Source: an archaeon
GTDB lineage: Archaea; Iainarchaeota; Iainarchaeia; Iainarchaeales; CSSED10-239
NCBI GenBank assembly: GCA_037147375.1
Contig: JBAWVI010000031.1
Location: forward strand, 1 to 9,974
Length of the DNA stretch: 9,974 nt
Direction of reading: 5' to 3'
Part shown: one piece after another, positions 6,262-9,974 of the stretch
How positions within the stretch are numbered: the first letter of the stretch is position 1
How the letters are laid out: each line of letters opens with the position of its first letter
Notes under the pieces: generated by a model
The model's database searches: none
The model's input: only the letters and a program-made list of their open reading frames with translations
Told to the model about the DNA's origin: nothing
Translations under genes and position numbers: made by a program

Positions 6262-6951
6262 ATGCAAATTAAAAATATATTTTCTCCAGATAATAAAATA
6301 TTTACACTGGAAACTATAAAACACAATAATTTCATGCTTGGAATAAGCATAAACAATAAATATTTTACAAAAGATAATATTCATAAATTTATAGATTGGA
6401 TGCTTCAAAATACAGATGGTAAAGTTTGTATTATGATTGTAGATACAATTCAAGCAATTAATAATGAAATCTTAAACCATCAATCTAAAGAAAAAGCATT
6501 AGAGAAAGCAATGAGAGATGCAAAAAAGATACACAATCGTTGTAAATTAATTCTTGATAGCTATTCAAAAATCGAAAAAGATAGATTAGTTATTATAAGA
6601 TGGACAGACATTAATAAAGATCCAGCATATGTTAATAATTTAAAAATCATCAAAGATGAATTTAATCAAAATCCAAAGTTTAAAGAATTTATAATTGGCT
6701 TTGTAAAAAAGCAGTTAGGAGATATAACTAATAGATTAAATACAGATGAAACTACATATATCTCTGATTATTTATTATGTGAAATCCCTGAATTATTAAA
6801 TGGAATAAATTATAATAATACTATATATGATGTTTGTATATATCCAGGTAGTTTTAAAGAACTTATGTTAGGAATATGCACTTTTGAAAAACTAATGTCT
6901 AAACTCAAAATACAAAATAAAAATAAATTTATAGAAATTTATGTGGATTAA
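6262..6951 (+). CDS. Cyclodipeptide synthase (CDPS), a tRNA-dependent diketopiperazine synthase
   Basis: 229 aa. [23 protein letters not shown]...VCIMIVDT aligns without gaps to AlbC ALIGISAGNSYFSQKNTVMLLQW...VVYVDT and to YvmC [34 protein letters not shown] aligns to NYVLAEAPLF and [19 protein letters not shown] aligns to LCYHIDTP and AYHRPWK. The inferred catalytic residues are S29 (nt 6346-6348), Y170, E174 and Y194. Their spacing (141, 4, 20) equals that of AlbC S37/Y178/E182/Y202. Reference sequences are recalled from memory. Confidence 0.85.
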   Translation: [229 protein letters not shown]

Positions 6952-6953
6952 AT

Positions 6954-7406
6954 ATGATAAAATTTACTTGGGAAGATATAGAAAAATATTCTTTTGAATT
7001 ACTTAAAAAATTTAATAAATCTAAACTTAAATTTGATTATATTATTGGTATTAATAGAGGTGGATTAATTCCTGCTTTAATTATTTCTAATCAGCTTGAT
7101 TCTAAGCTTATTTGTATTGGAGCAAAATCATATAACGGAAAGAAAAGAAATAAGCTAAATATATATAGTTATCCTATTGTCAATCTAAGAAATAAGAATG
7201 TATTAATAATTGATGAAATTTGTGATACGGGGATTACGTTAAATACTATAAAAAAGAAAGTTAAACAGAAGTACAATCCAAAGCAAATAATTACTTCTTC
7301 TTTAATCATAAATAAGCTAAACTGCAAGATTTATCCTGATTTTCATGTAATTGAGATCGAAAATAAGACTAAAGAATGGATTGGATTTCCTTGGGATAAA
7401 AAATAG
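6954..7406 (+). CDS. Type I phosphoribosyltransferase, Gpt-like (xanthine-guanine PRTase family / COG2236)
   Basis: 150 aa. The PRPP-binding motif is VLIIDEICDTGITL (nt 7200-7241). The layout resembles E. coli Gpt: N-terminal FTWEDI (Gpt VTWDML), IIGINRGGLIPA (Gpt IIAVSRGGLVPG), SY in the flexible loop, and C-terminal EWIGFPWD (Gpt TWIEQPWD). The ATG is 2 nt after the CDPS stop codon. Confidence 0.8.
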   Translation: MIKFTWEDIEKYSFELLKKFNKSKLKFDYIIGINRGGLIPALIISNQLDSKLICIGAKSYNGKKRNKLNIYSYPIVNLRNKNVLIIDEICDTGITLNTIKKKVKQKYNPKQIITSSLIINKLNCKIYPDFHVIEIENKTKEWIGFPWDKK

Positions 7407-7440
7407 TATCTAATTTTTGATTTTAAAAAGAAATGAGGTT

Positions 7441-7462
7441 AGAACATCATTTCTGATGTTCT
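7441..7462. terminator. Hairpin between the convergent PRTase gene and ftsZ (9-bp stem, 4-nt loop)
   Basis: AGAACATCA-tttc-TGATGTTCT is perfectly complementary, and extra AGG/CCT pairing is possible at 7436-7438 with 7465-7467. On the minus strand it is followed by CATTTCTTTTT. On the plus strand it is preceded by TTTTTGATTTT (7414-7424). Confidence 0.55.
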
Positions 7463-7475
7463 TTCCTATTTAGAT

Positions 7476-8579
7476 TTATAATTCGTCAAGTCCGAAGTCG
7501 TTATCGTAAGATCTTCTTGAGCCGCCTTTTGCTGCTTGTTGATTGTTCTTACCATTGAATCTTGTACTTCCTTTGATGAATGGAGACTTAACTCCTGTGA
7601 AGATAGCAATTACTTCAATCTTGTTATCGAATGTGGGATCTATTCTAGCACCCCAGATAACATTTGCGTTTGGATCGATTTCGTCTGTTAACATTTCACC
7701 AACAGCATTTGCTTCTCCAAGTGTTAACTCAGCTCCGCCTGTAATGTGTATTAAACATCCAGATGCTCCTCCGATATCAACATCTAATAAAGCGTTCTTT
7801 AATGTGTCTTCAACAACTTCTTCAACCTTATTAACTGATTGTGATTCTCCAACAGCAATAACTGATAATCCTTTACCGCCCATTACTGTTCTAATATCAG
7901 CGTAATCTAAGTTAATTAATGAAGGTTGTGTAATTGTTTCTGTAATTCCTCTAATTGTTCTTGCAATTACTTCATCAGCAACTTTGAAAGCATCTTGTAC
8001 TGGTAAGTTTGGAACTAATTCAACTAATCTATTGTTATCAATGATTATGATTGTATCACAAACATCCTTTAATACATCAATTCCTTCTTCAGCCTTCTTA
8101 GCTCTTGCTCTTTCAAGTACGAATGGGAATGTAACTATAGCAATAACGATTGCTCCTTGTTGTTTAGCTATTTGAGCAACTACTGGAGATGCTCCTGTTC
8201 CTGTTCCTCCACCCATTCCAGATGTTATGAATAATAAATCTACACCATCAAGTATTTCTTCAAGTGCACCCTTTGAAACTTCAGCAGCCTTAGCTCCGAT
8301 TTCTGGATAAGCTCCTGCACCAAGTCCGTTTGTTATTGATTTTCCGATTAATAATTTAGTTATGTCATCAGATATTATTCCTAAATGTTGTCTATCTGTG
8401 TTAACAGCTACTATGTGTGCTCCAGCAACTCCCATTGCTGCAATTCTATTTACAGAGTTATTACCAGCACCACCAACACCAACTACCATGATCTTTGGAG
8501 CTGCAAATTCCTCATCCTTTGAGAAAGATGCAGTGTTTTCTGATTTATCATTTATTGCTTTTGATACAATTGACTTCAT
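7476..8579 (-). CDS. ftsZ: Cell division GTPase FtsZ (archaeal FtsZ1-type)
   Basis: Motifs present are VGVGGAGNN, the tubulin signature [12 protein letters not shown], the T7 loop [11 protein letters not shown], and the archaeal-type [22 protein letters not shown] and [13 protein letters not shown]. The ORF track starts at GTG 8588. I prefer ATG 8579 (MKSIV...) because AGGTG (8590-8586) then lies 6 nt upstream. Confidence 0.95.
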   Translation of the reverse strand: MKSIVSKAINDKSENTASFSKDEEFAAPKIMVVGVGGAGNNSVNRIAAMGVAGAHIVAVNTDRQHLGIISDDITKLLIGKSITNGLGAGAYPEIGAKAAEVSKGALEEILDGVDLLFITSGMGGGTGTGASPVVAQIAKQQGAIVIAIVTFPFVLERARAKKAEEGIDVLKDVCDTIIIIDNNRLVELVPNLPVQDAFKVADEVIARTIRGITETITQPSLINLDYADIRTVMGGKGLSVIAVGESQSVNKVEEVVEDTLKNALLDVDIGGASGCLIHITGGAELTLGEANAVGEMLTDEIDPNANVIWGARIDPTFDNKIEVIAIFTGVKSPFIKGSTRFNGKNNQQAAKGGSRRSYDNDFGLDEL

Positions 8580-8872
8580 CTTATACACCTTTTTTTTATT
8601 TTTTTTGTTTTTTATTAATAATATTTTAATATTATTTCAACCTATTTTAACCCCTTTGTTTGATAATCTTTTAAAAGTTATACTGATGTTTCTATAATGA
8701 AATTCCGATTAAAGGCAGATTTTCTAATATAATTTGTATAACTCCGTTTACGTTAAAATAATATCTTTGATATTATAAATTAGGACAAATACTTTTTAAA
8801 TAGATATTATGCATAATCTTTTTGAAAAACTAATTAAAATATATTAAAATTTGAATCAAAGTTGGGAATTAC

Positions 8873-9430
8873 ATGTATAAATTATTGTTTATTGTTGTGT
8901 ATGTTTTAATCTATTACTATCTAATTTATAGATTAACTAGAAAGCATATGGATACTACTACAGAAACAATAAATATGTTTAAAACTGATTTTTATACTTC
9001 TCAATACTTTGTAAGCTTTTTCATTCTAGCTTTATTTTCTTTAATATATTATATATTTTATACTAATTTATTCACATTTACTGTCCAAGATATTGTGTTT
9101 TCTATAGTGATTATTTTTTCTGGTTTAATAGAATATAATGCAATTAAAAATCTTGCAGAAAACTATTATCCTCAAATTGGACCTGAAAAAAGATTAGTTA
9201 CAAGTGGTATCTATTCATTGATTAGACATCCAATTTATTTATCTGCTTTAGTTTTAGGCTTAGGTCTCTATGCTCTTCTTGCTTTAAATATTTTAATGTA
9301 TACTTACCCTCTACTAATCATTTCAGTAGTAATAAAAGTAGAACAAGAAGATAAATATCTAACTAAAAGATTTAAAGCATACAATAAATATAAGACTAAA
9401 AGCTATAAGTTAATTCCTTATATCTATTAA
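8873..9430 (+). CDS. Isoprenylcysteine carboxyl methyltransferase (ICMT) / phospholipid methyltransferase family membrane protein
   Basis: 185 aa with multiple TM segments. RLVTSGIYSLIRHPIYLSALVLGLG matches the family core L.T.G.Y...RHP.Y. Confidence 0.7.
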   Translation: MYKLLFIVVYVLIYYYLIYRLTRKHMDTTTETINMFKTDFYTSQYFVSFFILALFSLIYYIFYTNLFTFTVQDIVFSIVIIFSGLIEYNAIKNLAENYYPQIGPEKRLVTSGIYSLIRHPIYLSALVLGLGLYALLALNILMYTYPLLIISVVIKVEQEDKYLTKRFKAYNKYKTKSYKLIPYIY

Positions 9431-9440
9431 AAAGAACTAA

Positions 9441-9959
9441 TTATTCGCCAAGCTTATATCCATGTCTTTCAAACACTACTTTTTTATGACTTGTAAATCT
9501 TGTAAAGTTTATAATAAGATCAGCAATAACTTTTGCCCAGAATGCACTGAAATGCAAAAACTCAACAAAAAGGATTATCAATACAAATACAAGAATTACT
9601 CCAACAATATTAATGAAATAATATCTAATAAACGATTTTATGTTTCTTATAGAAAATGTTTTACTTTCATCTTTAAATGTATACTTTTTATGTAACGAAA
9701 AGTTTACAAACCCTTTACTTAAGTCCGATATAACTACTACTGGGATATAAAAAAAATTTAACCAGTTAACAAATATTAAGATTAGACCTAAATCTACGAT
9801 TGTACCAACCATTCCAAGAGTAACATACTTAAGATATCTCTTATATTTATAAAAAAAGCTATAACTAATTAAAAAGTAATAAAATCTATGGAATATAGTA
9901 TGTTTGCTTATTTCAATTAATGATTTAGAAAACCTATACTTATTTTTATTAGATCTCAT
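9441..9959 (-). CDS. GtrA-family membrane protein
   Basis: 172 aa. AGGAG lies 10 nt upstream of the ATG. Four TM segments carry the GtrA pattern: VTLGMVGTIVDLGLILIF...ISDLSKGFVNFSLHKKYTF, then ...AKVIADLIINFTRFTSHKKVVF. There is an N-terminal extension of about 40 aa, so an internal start cannot be excluded. Confidence 0.65.
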   Translation of the reverse strand: MRSNKNKYRFSKSLIEISKHTIFHRFYYFLISYSFFYKYKRYLKYVTLGMVGTIVDLGLILIFVNWLNFFYIPVVVISDLSKGFVNFSLHKKYTFKDESKTFSIRNIKSFIRYYFINIVGVILVFVLIILFVEFLHFSAFWAKVIADLIINFTRFTSHKKVVFERHGYKLGE

Positions 9960-9974
9960 TTATATTGTTCTCCT

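Noticed and set aside
6157-6453. 98-aa minus-strand ORF spanning the junction between the orphan gene and the CDPS gene.
   Set aside because: It overlaps two better-supported + strand genes, including the CDPS catalytic Ser region. Its Ile/Phe/Tyr/Asn/Lys-rich translation is what random AT-rich DNA yields.
7543-8697. Three + strand ORFs (7543-7905, 7984-8175, 8362-8697) of 63-120 aa.
   Set aside because: All lie antisense to the strongly supported ftsZ CDS. Their Ser/Thr/Pro/Ala-rich, motif-free translations are the mirror image of a Gly/Ala/Val-rich gene. None has an RBS.
9462-9695. 77-aa + strand ORF inside the GtrA-family gene.
   Set aside because: It is antisense to a gene with a recognisable family pattern, and it has no RBS.
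1-9974. Search for tRNA, rRNA, CRISPR arrays, and transposase or integrase genes.
   Set aside because: Every spacer (207-243, 868-963, 1201-1226, 2210-2477, 3288-3378, 4768-4799, 7407-7475, 8589-8872, 9431-9440) is too AT-rich or too short for a cloverleaf. No periodic repeats were seen. No ORF shows DDE, tyrosine-recombinase or serine-recombinase motifs.

Overview
Very AT-rich, tightly packed window, most likely from a small-genome (DPANN-like) archaeon. The FtsZ is clearly archaeal FtsZ1-type. Genes show either GGAGG-like ribosome-binding sites or leaderless-looking TATA-to-ATG spacing, and terminators are oligo-T or hairpins. I support 18 CDSs and find no rRNA, tRNA, CRISPR array or recognisable transposase/integrase. 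Left to right: an HNH endonuclease 3' fragment; a transglutaminase-like (papain-fold) protein; two small ORFs; a VapBC (PIN/RHH) toxin-antitoxin pair; two tandem cysteine-rich secreted proteins, one a DUF333+Kazal fusion; a COG2509-type FAD-dependent protein; two paralogous small membrane proteins; a basic orphan protein; a cyclodipeptide synthase (CDPS); a Gpt-like phosphoribosyltransferase; ftsZ; an ICMT-family methyltransferase; and a GtrA-family membrane protein. The stand-out is the co-directional, almost gap-free + strand block 3379-7406 built around the CDPS gene at 6262-6951. Its catalytic Ser/Tyr/Glu/Tyr residues and their spacing match AlbC/YvmC as I recall them, but its neighbours are not the tailoring enzymes known from bacterial CDPS clusters. 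I flag this as a candidate undescribed diketopiperazine gene cluster. All homology calls are by-eye motif recognition, since no searches could be run.
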